DNA of 61,470 nt, the filler included. It is 3 parts of 3 records of this genome, joined end to end, with 100 filler letters (N's around TTAATTAATTAA, not from the genome) between each part and the next. Parts side by side here need not be neighbours in the genome. Positions count along the whole stretch, not along the records: positions 1 to 29,167 come from SRR20825019_1259; 2 more parts are not named here. The stretch is one strand, 5' to 3'. Position 1 is the first letter of the stretch. Every line of letters starts with the position of its first letter. Shown one piece after another: positions 18,862 through 28,070 of this stretch. The notes beneath the pieces were generated by a model. It saw only the letters and a program-made list of their open reading frames with translations, made no database searches and had not been told where the DNA came from. The position numbers and the translations under genes are program-made.

Positions 18862-19800
18862 ATGTTCTGGAACAACTCGAAAGATGTGGTGAAAACCGCT
18901 GATGCGGTGGAAGGCAGCTTTGTCTATCGGCAGGCGCCTGCGGCCATGCGGCCCTACCTGAAGCTCGCCCGGCTTGACCGGCCCGTGGGGGCGTGGCTTC
19001 TGTTGTGGCCATGCTGGTGGTCGCTCGCGCTGGCGGCGGACAGTGGTTTCATGCTCACCCACCTCTATCTGCTGGCGCTGTTCGCCATTGGGGCGCTGGC
19101 CATGCGCGGCGCGGGCTGCACCTATAATGATATTGTCGACCGGGATTTTGACGGCGCGGTTGAACGCACCAAATCACGGCCAATTCCGGCGGGAGAGGTG
19201 AGCCTGAAGGGCGCGTGGGGGTTCCTCATCCTCCAGTGCCTTATCGGCCTTGTGGTGCTGTTGCAGCTTGGTGAGTTCGCTATCATGGTGGGCCTTGGCT
19301 CCTTGGTGATGGTGGCCATATACCCCTTTATGAAGCGTATCACCGGCTGGCCGCAGGCGTGGCTGGGCCTCACCTTCAACTGGGGTGCGCTGATGGGCTG
19401 GGCCACGCTGAAGGGTGAGCTTTCCGCCGCCCCGCTCATCCTCTACTTCGGTGCGTTATTCTGGACGCTGGGGTATGACACGGTTTATGCGCACCAGGAC
19501 AAGGAAGACGATGCGCTCATCGGCGTGAAGTCCACAGCCCTCACGCTCGGCGCGCGCACCAAACCGGCGCTTATCATATTTTACAGTCTTTTTATAATTG
19601 GGCTTATAGGTGCCGGAATCCTTGCAAAGCTGGGATTTATCTATTACATCGGCATCGCGTTTGCGGGGCTTCACCTCGGCGCACAGGTTCGGCGCACCAA
19701 TATTGATGATGCAGCCGTCTGTTTGGAAGTTTTCCGCTCGAACATCGCGTTTGGCTGGATTGTGTTTTTCGCCCTTATTTTAGGGCAAGTGATCCAGTAG
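18862..19800 (+). CDS. ubiA: 4-hydroxybenzoate polyprenyltransferase; alternative TTG start 18826
   Basis: RLDRPVG.WLL.WP, NDIVDRDFD..VERT..RP, YDTVYAHQDKEDD. Confidence 0.95.
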   Translation: MFWNNSKDVVKTADAVEGSFVYRQAPAAMRPYLKLARLDRPVGAWLLLWPCWWSLALAADSGFMLTHLYLLALFAIGALAMRGAGCTYNDIVDRDFDGAVERTKSRPIPAGEVSLKGAWGFLILQCLIGLVVLLQLGEFAIMVGLGSLVMVAIYPFMKRITGWPQAWLGLTFNWGALMGWATLKGELSAAPLILYFGALFWTLGYDTVYAHQDKEDDALIGVKSTALTLGARTKPALIIFYSLFIIGLIGAGILAKLGFIYYIGIAFAGLHLGAQVRRTNIDDAAVCLEVFRSNIAFGWIVFFALILGQVIQ

Positions 19801-19888
19801 CCTCCCCGGCGTCCAACCCCGCTTTGTTTGTGCGATTTTTGAGTAAGCCGCAGGCGAAAGCTCCGGCTGTATTAAAGGACGCATATCC

Positions 19889-20422
19889 ATGGATATCAGA
19901 AAAATCTCCGTTGGCGAAAACGCACCGTGGGACGTGAATGTCATCATCGAAGTGCCTGTGGGCACCGAGCCTGTGAAATATGAGCTGGATAAAGAATCGG
20001 GCGCGCTGTTTGTGGACCGTATCATGCACACCAGCATGCGCTACCCCTGCAACTATGGTTTCATTCCGCACACGCTGGCAGATGACGGTGACCCGGTTGA
20101 CGTGCTGCTCGCGAACCGTACACCGATCATGCCCGGTGCCGTGGTGCGTTGCCGCCCGCTTGGCGTCCTGATCATGGAAGACGAAGCTGGCATGGACGAG
20201 AAGCTGCTGATGGTCCCGGTTGACAAGCTTCACCCTTTCTACAAGGACGTGAAAAGCTATGAAGAGCTGCCGCAAATCTTCCTTGAGCAGATCGCCCACT
20301 TCTTCCAGCACTATAAAGACCTGGAGAGTGGCAAATGGGTCAAAATCAAAGGTTGGGAAGGCCCGGAGAAAGCCGCTCAGCTTATTGAAGAAGGCATTCG
20401 GGCTGAAGCAGCAGCAAGCTAA
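19889..20422 (+). CDS. ppa: Inorganic pyrophosphatase (family I)
   Basis: KYELDK, YPCNYGFIP.TL.DDGDPVD, DEAG.DEK, HFFQHYKDLE. Confidence 0.97.
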   Translation: MDIRKISVGENAPWDVNVIIEVPVGTEPVKYELDKESGALFVDRIMHTSMRYPCNYGFIPHTLADDGDPVDVLLANRTPIMPGAVVRCRPLGVLIMEDEAGMDEKLLMVPVDKLHPFYKDVKSYEELPQIFLEQIAHFFQHYKDLESGKWVKIKGWEGPEKAAQLIEEGIRAEAAAS

Positions 20423-20448
20423 GCGCGCTTCACACCAGACTATTCAGG

Positions 20449-20476
20449 AAGCCCGGCTTATATGCCGGGCTTTTTG
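20449..20476 (+). terminator. Rho-independent terminator after ppa
   Basis: AAGCCCGGC-TTATAT-GCCGGGCTT followed by TTTG. Confidence 0.85.
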
Positions 20477-20492
20477 TTTGCCTGTCGCCAAT

Positions 20493-21689
20493 CTATAGCC
20501 AGCGCGCGTAGGTGAAGCGGTGCCACAGGGCCTCCAGCGGGCCTTGGCTTTTGTAGCGGAACCAAAGCGCGCTGAGGGCCAGTTGGGTGGCCCAAACGGC
20601 AAGCACGACAAAGGCGGTTTGCCAGCGCTCAAGCTGGCCAAAAAGCCCAAGTCCGTGGCCAAAGAAAATGCTCGTACACATCACCGTCTGGAACAGATAG
20701 TTCGAGAGTGCCGCTTTGCCCACGTTCGTGAGGGCAGTGAAACCGAACCGGAACTGTGTGGCGGTCAACAGCACCGCAATGGTGGCCATATAGCCCATGG
20801 CGACAAACAGCGAGCCCCAATAGTTCCATTGGCTGCCCGCAAACATGGAGTAGGGGAAGGCCCAACCCGCGGCTTCGTTGTTCATATAGCCCATAGCGAC
20901 AAGCGCAAAACCGATGGGGAATGCGGTGGCTGCGATCAGGCCATATTGTTTGGCACTGAGCGCACCACGCAGGAAACCGGCGCGGTAGAGCGCGAGGCCA
21001 ATAAGCATGGTGCCGGTAACGCGCCAGACACCCCAGTTGAGGAACACATCGGTGTGGAAATACCAGCTATGCTCGGCCCGCACGGGTTGTTGTGCAAGCC
21101 AGCCACCCTGAAAGGCTTCAACCTCATGCTGCAGGTGGTCAGCAGGCGGTAGCCACATATGGGCGCTGAGTTGCTCCAGCACGTCTGGCGGTAGCCCGTC
21201 AAACGAGTGATACCCCATGAGGCTCCAGAGGCTGCCTGCGGCCAGAAGGGTAAGGCCCGCGAGCGCGGTTATCCACCAGCGCACGTTTCTGAACAGGAAC
21301 GGGGCAATGGCACCAAGTGCATAGAAGACAAGGATGTCCCCGCTCCAGAGCAGGTAAGCGTGCGCGAGCCCCATGAGCAGAAGACCGAAGATGCGTTTCG
21401 CGAAGGTCAGCTCGACCGGCATGCCTTTTCGGACAAGGCCATCACAGATGATGGCGGTACTGGCGCCAAACAGCATGGAAAATATCGCCATGAACTTCTG
21501 GTCCGCCAGAAAATACTGAATGGCCCACCAAAGCTTGTTCGCCTCTTCATGCGCGCTATAGACCATGGGGTTGAGGTAAGCGGCGCTCGGTTCCGAGAAC
21601 AGGCGAATGTTCATGATGAGGATGCCAAGCACGGCGAGACCGCGAACGATATCGAGAAGCGCGATGCGCTCTTTCACCTGTGTGCTCAC
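20493..21689 (-). CDS. DUF418 (YeiB-like) membrane protein
   Basis: RI..LDIVRG.A.LGIL.MNI, KF.AIFSMLFG, GDIL..YA, G..ALSNY..Q, QGPLEALW. Confidence 0.9.
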   Translation of the reverse strand: MSTQVKERIALLDIVRGLAVLGILIMNIRLFSEPSAAYLNPMVYSAHEEANKLWWAIQYFLADQKFMAIFSMLFGASTAIICDGLVRKGMPVELTFAKRIFGLLLMGLAHAYLLWSGDILVFYALGAIAPFLFRNVRWWITALAGLTLLAAGSLWSLMGYHSFDGLPPDVLEQLSAHMWLPPADHLQHEVEAFQGGWLAQQPVRAEHSWYFHTDVFLNWGVWRVTGTMLIGLALYRAGFLRGALSAKQYGLIAATAFPIGFALVAMGYMNNEAAGWAFPYSMFAGSQWNYWGSLFVAMGYMATIAVLLTATQFRFGFTALTNVGKAALSNYLFQTVMCTSIFFGHGLGLFGQLERWQTAFVVLAVWATQLALSALWFRYKSQGPLEALWHRFTYARWL

Positions 21690-21886
21690 GCTTTTCCCCC
21701 ACGCTTGCAATATAATGGAATGCCTAGCCTATATGTTGGGTAGTTGGTCTGCATTGTAAATGGAAACATGGTTTATTCAGCCGTGCCCCGGGTCACGCAG
21801 ACATATTCCTCAATATTCATCTTGTATGCATGGCATGACTTCACAAGACTTTACCTGATTTAAACCGGTTGAAGGAGGATGAGGCG

Positions 21887-23056
21887 ATGCCATTCAGGGT
21901 AAGGGTTCGCGTGGGTTTATGGCTTGGTTTCAGCCTGCTGGCGTTTGGCGCGGTGCAGGCGGCGCGTGCGGACTTGCCCGCGGGAACAGACGAGCTTGTC
22001 GGCGCCTTGAGGCAGGACCATGCTGTGCCGGGAATAGCCCTCGCCTATATTGAGGACGGCAAGGTGGCGTACAAGAAGGCTTATGGTTTTGCAAAGCTCG
22101 AAAGCCAGACGCTTTTGGGTGAAAACACCGTGATGTATGGTGCGTCACTCACCAAATTTGTGTTTGCAGCTTATGTGATGGACTTGGTGGCGGAGGGGAA
22201 GATTGAGTTGGATACCCCGATTGGGGATCTGTTGCCCAAACCGTTGCCCGAGTATGAGGACTATAGCGACCTTGATGGTGATGAGCGCTGGCGCAAACTG
22301 ACGCTCAGGCATCTTCTCTCACACACCACGGGGTTCCCCAACTATCGCTTTTTCCCGCCTGAAGGTGGCTTTGACAAGGATGGAAAGCTGCGTTTCTATT
22401 TTGAGCCGGGCGCGCGATACGGCTACTCGGGCGAGGGGTATTATATCGCCCAGCTTGTGGTGGAAGAAGTATTGGGCCTTGATACGGCCACTGAGCTTGA
22501 GCGCCGGTTTTTTACTCCTCTTGGCATGGAGCGCACCAGCCTGACGTGGCAGGACCATTTCAAAGACAATTATGCCCATGGCTATACGCGGGAAGGCGAG
22601 AACAAGCGCCACAACATGCAGTCTAACGTGCGGGCGGCGGGGTCGATGGATACAACGCTGCGTGACTTTTCAGCCTTTGTCGCGGCCTTTATGGGCGGCA
22701 AGCTGGTTGGTGCTGGTGCCCAAAAGGCCATGCTGGCACCGGGCCTTGCCATTAGCTCCCGCCATCAGTTTCCGACGCTGGACGCTGCGGTGCATGATGC
22801 CAACACTGATGTTGGGCTTGCGGCGGCGGTTGGTGCCGTGACATGGGTTGGCCCTCAGGGGCGTGGTTTTTTCAAGGGTGGCCATAACGAGAAGACCGAC
22901 AATATCCTTGTATGCCTGGAAGTTGGCAGGCGGTGTGTGCTTCTGCTCTCCAACACAGCCAAGGGTGACCTTATATTCCCCGAGATTGTGGATCATGTGC
23001 TGGGGGAGACGGGTATGCCGTGGGGCTGGGAATATACGGCGCTGGGACGGGAGTGA
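21887..23056 (+). CDS. Exported serine hydrolase, beta-lactamase/AmpC-like family
   Basis: Signal peptide; SxxK (SLTK), LLSHTTG, YS-G, KGGH. Confidence 0.9.
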   Translation: MPFRVRVRVGLWLGFSLLAFGAVQAARADLPAGTDELVGALRQDHAVPGIALAYIEDGKVAYKKAYGFAKLESQTLLGENTVMYGASLTKFVFAAYVMDLVAEGKIELDTPIGDLLPKPLPEYEDYSDLDGDERWRKLTLRHLLSHTTGFPNYRFFPPEGGFDKDGKLRFYFEPGARYGYSGEGYYIAQLVVEEVLGLDTATELERRFFTPLGMERTSLTWQDHFKDNYAHGYTREGENKRHNMQSNVRAAGSMDTTLRDFSAFVAAFMGGKLVGAGAQKAMLAPGLAISSRHQFPTLDAAVHDANTDVGLAAAVGAVTWVGPQGRGFFKGGHNEKTDNILVCLEVGRRCVLLLSNTAKGDLIFPEIVDHVLGETGMPWGWEYTALGRE

Positions 23057-23140
23057 GATTTTTTTGCCGCGATATTAGATATTTTAACTTTTTCTCGGCA
23101 TCTACAGGCGATAACACGACGGTCAACGGAAGTTATTGCC

Positions 23141-23506
23141 ATGAGCATTTTTGAAAAAATTGGTGGTGAACCAGCAGTAAGTGCAGCGGTGGATCTTCTT
23201 TATAAGAAGATGCTGGCTGACCCTTTGCTGATTCCGTTTTTCGATGGTGTTGCCATGAGCGACCTGCACCGCAAACAGGCGTGGTTTTTGACCACGCTGC
23301 TGAAGGGCGAAAGTGTGGGGGCAGACAGTTATATGCGTATGGCGCACCGTCGGCTGGTGGACCGGAAGGGCCTTTCGGACGAACATTTCGATGCCGTAAC
23401 GGTTCATCTTGAAGACAGTTTGCGCGAGCTGGATGTGCCTGAAAGTTTCATCACGGAGATCATGAGTGCGGCCGCCGCACTTAAAGATGCGGTTCTCGAC
23501 CGTTAA
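23141..23506 (+). CDS. Group I truncated hemoglobin (trHbN-like)
   Basis: IFEKIGG, B10 Tyr (LY), PFF, KQ..F, proximal His (MAH), EHFDAV..HL. Confidence 0.88.
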   Translation: MSIFEKIGGEPAVSAAVDLLYKKMLADPLLIPFFDGVAMSDLHRKQAWFLTTLLKGESVGADSYMRMAHRRLVDRKGLSDEHFDAVTVHLEDSLRELDVPESFITEIMSAAAALKDAVLDR

Positions 23507-23619
23507 CCCCTTAAAATTACAGGCGTAAACCGGATGTGAAGGCTGAAAAATCCCGCCGCACCCACGCCACACAGTTGCCTACAGATTAGCCACACATTTG
23601 GGGTAAGTGTGGCGCTCAT

Positions 23620-25464
23620 TTAGCGCCACAGCATCAGCGGTATCAGGTCGAAATACCACAGGATAAGCGCGGCCTGCACGGTGGCAATGGCCGCAAAACC
23701 ATGCCCGTTCTCAATCTTGCTGCGGCCTTTGGTTTGCACCACTTTTGTGTGCGCCACCAGCGCGGAAAGTGGTAAAAATACACTTGCAATACAAAGGCTT
23801 ATGCTGGCGGCGGTCATGTCACCCAGCGCCATGAAAGACTGGGTGAGATAGAAGGGCACGGGCAGGGCCAGGCTCAAAATCCCCATGAGTGCCATGCCTT
23901 CCGGGCGTTTGAATGCGCCTTTGCCGTGCCGGTATAGGGCATATATCCCCCAAGCCAGGAACCACAGGAGCCCGGCACCAGCCAGCGCAAGGCTGGCCCT
24001 TAGCCCGTAAACTATTGCAGGGCTTGTCTTTTTATAGGTTCTGAAGCCGTCGCTGATCAGCTCCTTGCCTTCATCGTCACGCAGCAAAACATGGGACGCC
24101 AGCGTGCGGTCATCGGCGGAAAGCAGGTATTCCCCAACCGGGCGAAGCGTGCGGGTTTTGCCGTGTGCGGTGGTGAGGATGAGCGTGCCGTTGTGCCATT
24201 CTGTCTCGATAAATCCAGTCAAAATATCGAAGTAGCGGAAGGCGTGAAACCGGCTTGGTGCAAGGGTATACATGCCTTCCCAGTCTTTTACGTCTATGGC
24301 GGGCAGGTCACTTTCGGGCGCGGCTGTGGGCTTGAGGTCAAGCTCCTCAGCGACCCTGGCAAAGAGGCGGTTATAGTCCGCTGTTTCACTGTCCGTGTTG
24401 ACGCTGACGAAAAACGCTTTGTTTTCAGCAGGGTAGATGCAGAAAAGCGCGCGGTAACCAAGCACATTGCCCGAGTGGCAGTTGCCAAGCGCGCCAAAGC
24501 GGTCATAGGTGTTCATGCCGAGGCCGTAACCGGCCACAAGCCCCGCCCAGCGTGCGTTTGTGGCGTGTGGTATGCCTCGCGCTTTCATATATTCCGGCGC
24601 GATAAACGGCTCCCCCTCAAGCGTGCCGTCAGACATCAGGAAGGTGGCGAATGTCGCCATATCAGCCGCAGTGGTGGTGAACTGCCCCGCCGGGCGGAAC
24701 ATGATGGGTTGCGCGGCGGCTGGCTTGCCGCCGTCATAATGCCCCCAGGCTAACGCTATGTCGCTCAGCCCGCCGTTCTGCTCCGTATAGCCGAAGGTGC
24801 TGTTTTTCATGCCAAGCGGGCGCAGGAGGTGATCATCTAGATAGGTCTCGTAGCGCTCGCCGGTTATGGTCTCAATCAGCAAGCCCAGAAGGGCATATCC
24901 GGCGTTTGAGTATGAAAGCTGCGTGCCGGGGCGGAAACGCACACGCAGCACGTTGGGGCTGCGCTCAAACGCGCTGAAAAGTGGCGTGTCTGGTGTTACC
25001 TCAAGGCTGAACATCTGCCACAGCCGCGCGTCTTCGATCCCGGATGTATGATCGAGAAGATGTCGGACGGTGACTTTGGTCTCTGCCGCCCACGGATTAT
25101 CAAACCGGATGTTGGGCATGTAGCGGGCAACAGGCGCGTCAAGATCAATCTGGCCTTCGCTCGCGAGGCGCAGCACACCGGTTGCCAATAGGGTTTTTGT
25201 GACCGACCCGATATGAACGCGCGAGCCGGGAGCGAGGGGGGTGCCATCAGCCATATTGGCGAAACCCGCGCTGGCGGTTGTAACGCTGTCCGGTTCAACC
25301 AGCGCCCAAACCGCACCGGTCAGGCCTTCGCGGTCAAGAATGGCTTCAATATCGCGTTCAAGTGATGCCGCGCCAGTTGAGCTTGCCGATCCTAATGTGG
25401 CGGCCAATACTGATAGCGCCAGCCCGATGCCTCGAGCCGCTTTCTGGGTGAAAAATCCGGTCAT
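23620..25464 (-). CDS. Serine hydrolase (beta-lactamase-like) with C-terminal membrane helices
   Basis: Signal peptide; SVTK, LLDHTSG, YSN, HSG; several hydrophobic helices in the last ~130 aa. Confidence 0.88.
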   Translation of the reverse strand: MTGFFTQKAARGIGLALSVLAATLGSASSTGAASLERDIEAILDREGLTGAVWALVEPDSVTTASAGFANMADGTPLAPGSRVHIGSVTKTLLATGVLRLASEGQIDLDAPVARYMPNIRFDNPWAAETKVTVRHLLDHTSGIEDARLWQMFSLEVTPDTPLFSAFERSPNVLRVRFRPGTQLSYSNAGYALLGLLIETITGERYETYLDDHLLRPLGMKNSTFGYTEQNGGLSDIALAWGHYDGGKPAAAQPIMFRPAGQFTTTAADMATFATFLMSDGTLEGEPFIAPEYMKARGIPHATNARWAGLVAGYGLGMNTYDRFGALGNCHSGNVLGYRALFCIYPAENKAFFVSVNTDSETADYNRLFARVAEELDLKPTAAPESDLPAIDVKDWEGMYTLAPSRFHAFRYFDILTGFIETEWHNGTLILTTAHGKTRTLRPVGEYLLSADDRTLASHVLLRDDEGKELISDGFRTYKKTSPAIVYGLRASLALAGAGLLWFLAWGIYALYRHGKGAFKRPEGMALMGILSLALPVPFYLTQSFMALGDMTAASISLCIASVFLPLSALVAHTKVVQTKGRSKIENGHGFAAIATVQAALILWYFDLIPLMLWR

Positions 25465-25506
25465 ATCCTCGCCTATATCATTTTATGTGAGCTATGTGCT
25501 CTTTTT

Positions 25507-25523
25507 TATATCAACTCGATATA
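25507..25523. promoter_or_regulatory. 6-5-6 palindrome, candidate repressor site
   Basis: TATATC-AACTC-GATATA, 42 nt upstream of the hydrolase ATG. Confidence 0.55.
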
Positions 25524-25556
25524 GGGTTGGGGGCGGCTGGGCGCAAGGGAAAGTAT

Positions 25557-25584
25557 AAAAGAAAGGCGAGCCATCAGGCCCGCC
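25557..25584 (-). terminator. Rho-independent terminator of the GST-GST-yciI unit
   Basis: Minus strand GGCGGGCC-TGAT-GGCTCGCC (one G-U pair) followed by TTTCTTTT. Confidence 0.7.
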
Positions 25585-25619
25585 AAGTCTGGGGTGCTGT
25601 CGTGAACGGGATGCCGGGT

Positions 25620-25907
25620 TTAGTCCAGCAGGAACTTCAAGCGTTCATGGGTGATGGACGGTGTGATTTCCATAATCTCAGCCTTGACGACATCCTCAGC
25701 GACAAAAGGATCTTCCGCGACCCGTGCTGCTAGCGCGTCAAACTCAATATCATGAGCGATGATGGCGCCGCCCTGGTTGGGCTGAAGGCTGCCGACTATG
25801 AGGAAGGTACCGTCCTCTACGCCTTTGGCGATCCAGGCTTTATGGTCAGCCATATAGTGGCTGGCGTTTGCCTTGTTATCGGAGAATGTGAGCAGGATGA
25901 TGTACAT
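25620..25907 (-). CDS. YciI family protein
   Basis: H.AW...G...G.FL..G, GGAII, DPFV. Confidence 0.8.
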   Translation of the reverse strand: MYIILLTFSDNKANASHYMADHKAWIAKGVEDGTFLIVGSLQPNQGGAIIAHDIEFDALAARVAEDPFVAEDVVKAEIMEITPSITHERLKFLLD

Positions 25908-25948
25908 CGGAAATCTTTCTATAGCCTTTTAAATGAAGGGCATGAAAC

Positions 25949-26674
25949 CTATTCGGCCTCGCTCATTTCCACAGCTGCCGGATACCAGCGGGCGAGCGTG
26001 CGGTTGAAATAAGCCACAAGATTGGGATGAACGACGACCAGTTCACGTGCCCATGTTTGCTCAGGCGCTGCATAGAAGTTTGCAATGAAACCAAACACCG
26101 TGGGGTCAATAAAGCTTGGCTCTGTGCCGAAGAAATAGGGCGCATCACCGAGAAGCACTGCGAGTGCATTAAGATCAGCTTCAAGGCATGCTTTGATCTC
26201 GTCTGCAGTGCAGTTGGCAAGCCCGCTGTGCCTGAAGCCCGTGCTCATCTGGCCGCGTATGCCTTCCGCCGCCTCGTCTGGCACGCCTTCAAAAAAGATC
26301 GGGCGGGTGCGGCCCCAGCCGTCTTCCTCGACCCAGCGGCTGTAGACCAGCGCAAAATAGGTGCGCTCTTCCAGCATGCGGCAAAGCGCATGCCCTGTGG
26401 CACGTTGCCCTGCATCCAGAGTACTGGTGAAGCACGCGCCTTTTGTATTCTCCAGATATTGCCTGATGGCTTCAGAGTCTTCGACCATCGTTTTACCATC
26501 GCTCAGAACGGGCAGTTTACCTTTGGGGAAAACCTTATAATCCTCCGGGAAGGCGAGGGTATAAGGCAGGCCTACCATCTGCAGCAGTATTTCTGCCTTG
26601 CAGCAAAACGGGCTGAGGTTGAAGAAGCCGTCGTCGGTCGGAAATACATGAAGGGTGGGTATGTTTTGGCTCAT
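25949..26674 (-). CDS. Glutathione S-transferase, FAX/metaxin-like (copy 2)
   Basis: NLSPFCCKAE, PKGKLP, EDSEAI, MLEERTY, FFG.EPSFID. Confidence 0.88.
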   Translation of the reverse strand: MSQNIPTLHVFPTDDGFFNLSPFCCKAEILLQMVGLPYTLAFPEDYKVFPKGKLPVLSDGKTMVEDSEAIRQYLENTKGACFTSTLDAGQRATGHALCRMLEERTYFALVYSRWVEEDGWGRTRPIFFEGVPDEAAEGIRGQMSTGFRHSGLANCTADEIKACLEADLNALAVLLGDAPYFFGTEPSFIDPTVFGFIANFYAAPEQTWARELVVVHPNLVAYFNRTLARWYPAAVEMSEAE

Positions 26675-26701
26675 GGCGAATGCTCCACCGATTGTCTTGG
26701 G

Positions 26702-27433
26702 TCAGGCTGCTTGTGTTTGAAGCATCTCGAAAGCTTTGGGGTACCAACGGGCAAGGCCGCGTTCCACATAGGCCTTAAGCGTCGGGTGCGAGTTAACCAG
26801 CTCCGTAGTCCAGGTGCGGACGGGGGAGGCATAGAAGTTGACAAGAAGACCAAACACCGTGGCGTCAATGAACGTGGGCTCACTGCCGAAGAAAAAGTCG
26901 TTATCGCCCAACACCTGAGCGAGTGCCTTAAGGTCTGCATTCAGGAACGCGCGAATTTCATCATCGCTATGGCGGCCAAAGCCGTCGAGCCGCAAGGTTT
27001 CACGAACCTGCTCCCGCACGATGTCCGCCAGGCCTTCCGGAGCATCGGCAAAGAAAATTGCGCAGGTTTGCGCCCAGCCCGCATCGTCATGCCAGCGTGA
27101 GTGAAGAAGGCCATAGCGGGTGCGTTCTTCCACCATGCGGCAAAGCATGTGGCCGATGGCTTTTTGTTCAAACGTCAAGGCGCCGTCAAAGTCTGCGCCG
27201 TGTTTGGCTTCAAGATGCTGACGGATGATTTCTGAATCCTGAATGATCTCGTCGCCGTCCTGAAGAACAGGCAGCTTGGCTTTGGAGAAAACCTTGAAGT
27301 CTTCTGGGGTGATCGGCTCGTAATCGATCCCGGCGATCTGGAATAACACATCCGCTTTGCAGCAAAACGGGCTCATATTGAACATGCCTTCACCGGTTGG
27401 GAAGGCATAAAGGGAAAGGGCGGAAGTTGTCAT
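26702..27433 (-). CDS. Glutathione S-transferase, FAX/metaxin-like (copy 1)
   Basis: NMSPFCCKAD, KAKLP, QDSEII, MVEERTR, FFG.EPTFID. Confidence 0.88.
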   Translation of the reverse strand: MTTSALSLYAFPTGEGMFNMSPFCCKADVLFQIAGIDYEPITPEDFKVFSKAKLPVLQDGDEIIQDSEIIRQHLEAKHGADFDGALTFEQKAIGHMLCRMVEERTRYGLLHSRWHDDAGWAQTCAIFFADAPEGLADIVREQVRETLRLDGFGRHSDDEIRAFLNADLKALAQVLGDNDFFFGSEPTFIDATVFGLLVNFYASPVRTWTTELVNSHPTLKAYVERGLARWYPKAFEMLQTQAA

Positions 27434-27481
27434 TATATTGCTCCTCGTTGTCGTGACTAAGGAGCTTATAGATCACCTATG

Positions 27482-27498
27482 CTGACAAAAAATGTCAG
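27482..27498. promoter_or_regulatory. 6-5-6 palindrome upstream of the GST pair
   Basis: CTGACA-AAAAA-TGTCAG, 48 nt upstream of ATG 27433. Confidence 0.6.
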
Positions 27499-27539
27499 TA
27501 GTGTTTAGCGCTGGTTTGAAAGGCAGTGTTGCCCACAGT

Positions 27540-27809
27540 TTACCAGTCGTAACCACCCACTTCGGTGCGGCGAAGAACGCGGCGGTAGGGGGCAGGTGCT
27601 GTACGGGTTGCAAGGTCCATCGCGCGGTCAAAAAGGCCGATACGGCTACGGGCCCAGCGCACTCTGCGTGCGACCGAAGGTGTGGTCGGGATCAGGAAGA
27701 GCAAGCCTATAACAAAGAAGATCAAGCCAAAGGGGATTGGCGTCAGCATACCAATGATGCCGATGAAACAAAGCGCACCACCGATAATCCGGCATAAAAG
27801 GCGCATCAT
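27540..27809 (-). CDS. Small membrane protein, PGPGW-like family
   Basis: Two helices around TPIPFG plus Arg-rich tail; GGAG RBS before ATG 27809. Confidence 0.6.
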   Translation of the reverse strand: MMRLLCRIIGGALCFIGIIGMLTPIPFGLIFFVIGLLFLIPTTPSVARRVRWARSRIGLFDRAMDLATRTAPAPYRRVLRRTEVGGYDW

Positions 27810-28070
27810 AAATCTTCTCCAGTCGCTGTTCACGAGCGCCTAAGCGCCGCCATATATTTCTTCTATCTATAACATCAATATAATGTGGCTTAACAATGGC
27901 TTCAAGATGGCCGATACAAATGCAACCGCACCGATACCTTGCTTTCACAGAGCATGTCTAATTGTTGCAAATGAAACCAATTGGCGGTATTCGGTGCAAA
28001 ACAGGCGGTTTCTGCGCGCTTGCGTATGAAGCTTTCGCTGTTTTCCCTAACTTCATAGCGGGAGCAATGC

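Noticed and set aside
23566..23630. Alternative GCCACAC/GTGTGGC pairings between convergent genes as a switch
   Set aside because: They lie at 3' ends of convergent genes and are most simply a bidirectional terminator region.
21887..25464. Calling the two SxxK hydrolases antibiotic-resistance beta-lactamases
   Set aside because: The motifs are shared by esterases and peptidases of the superfamily, and there is no mobile context.
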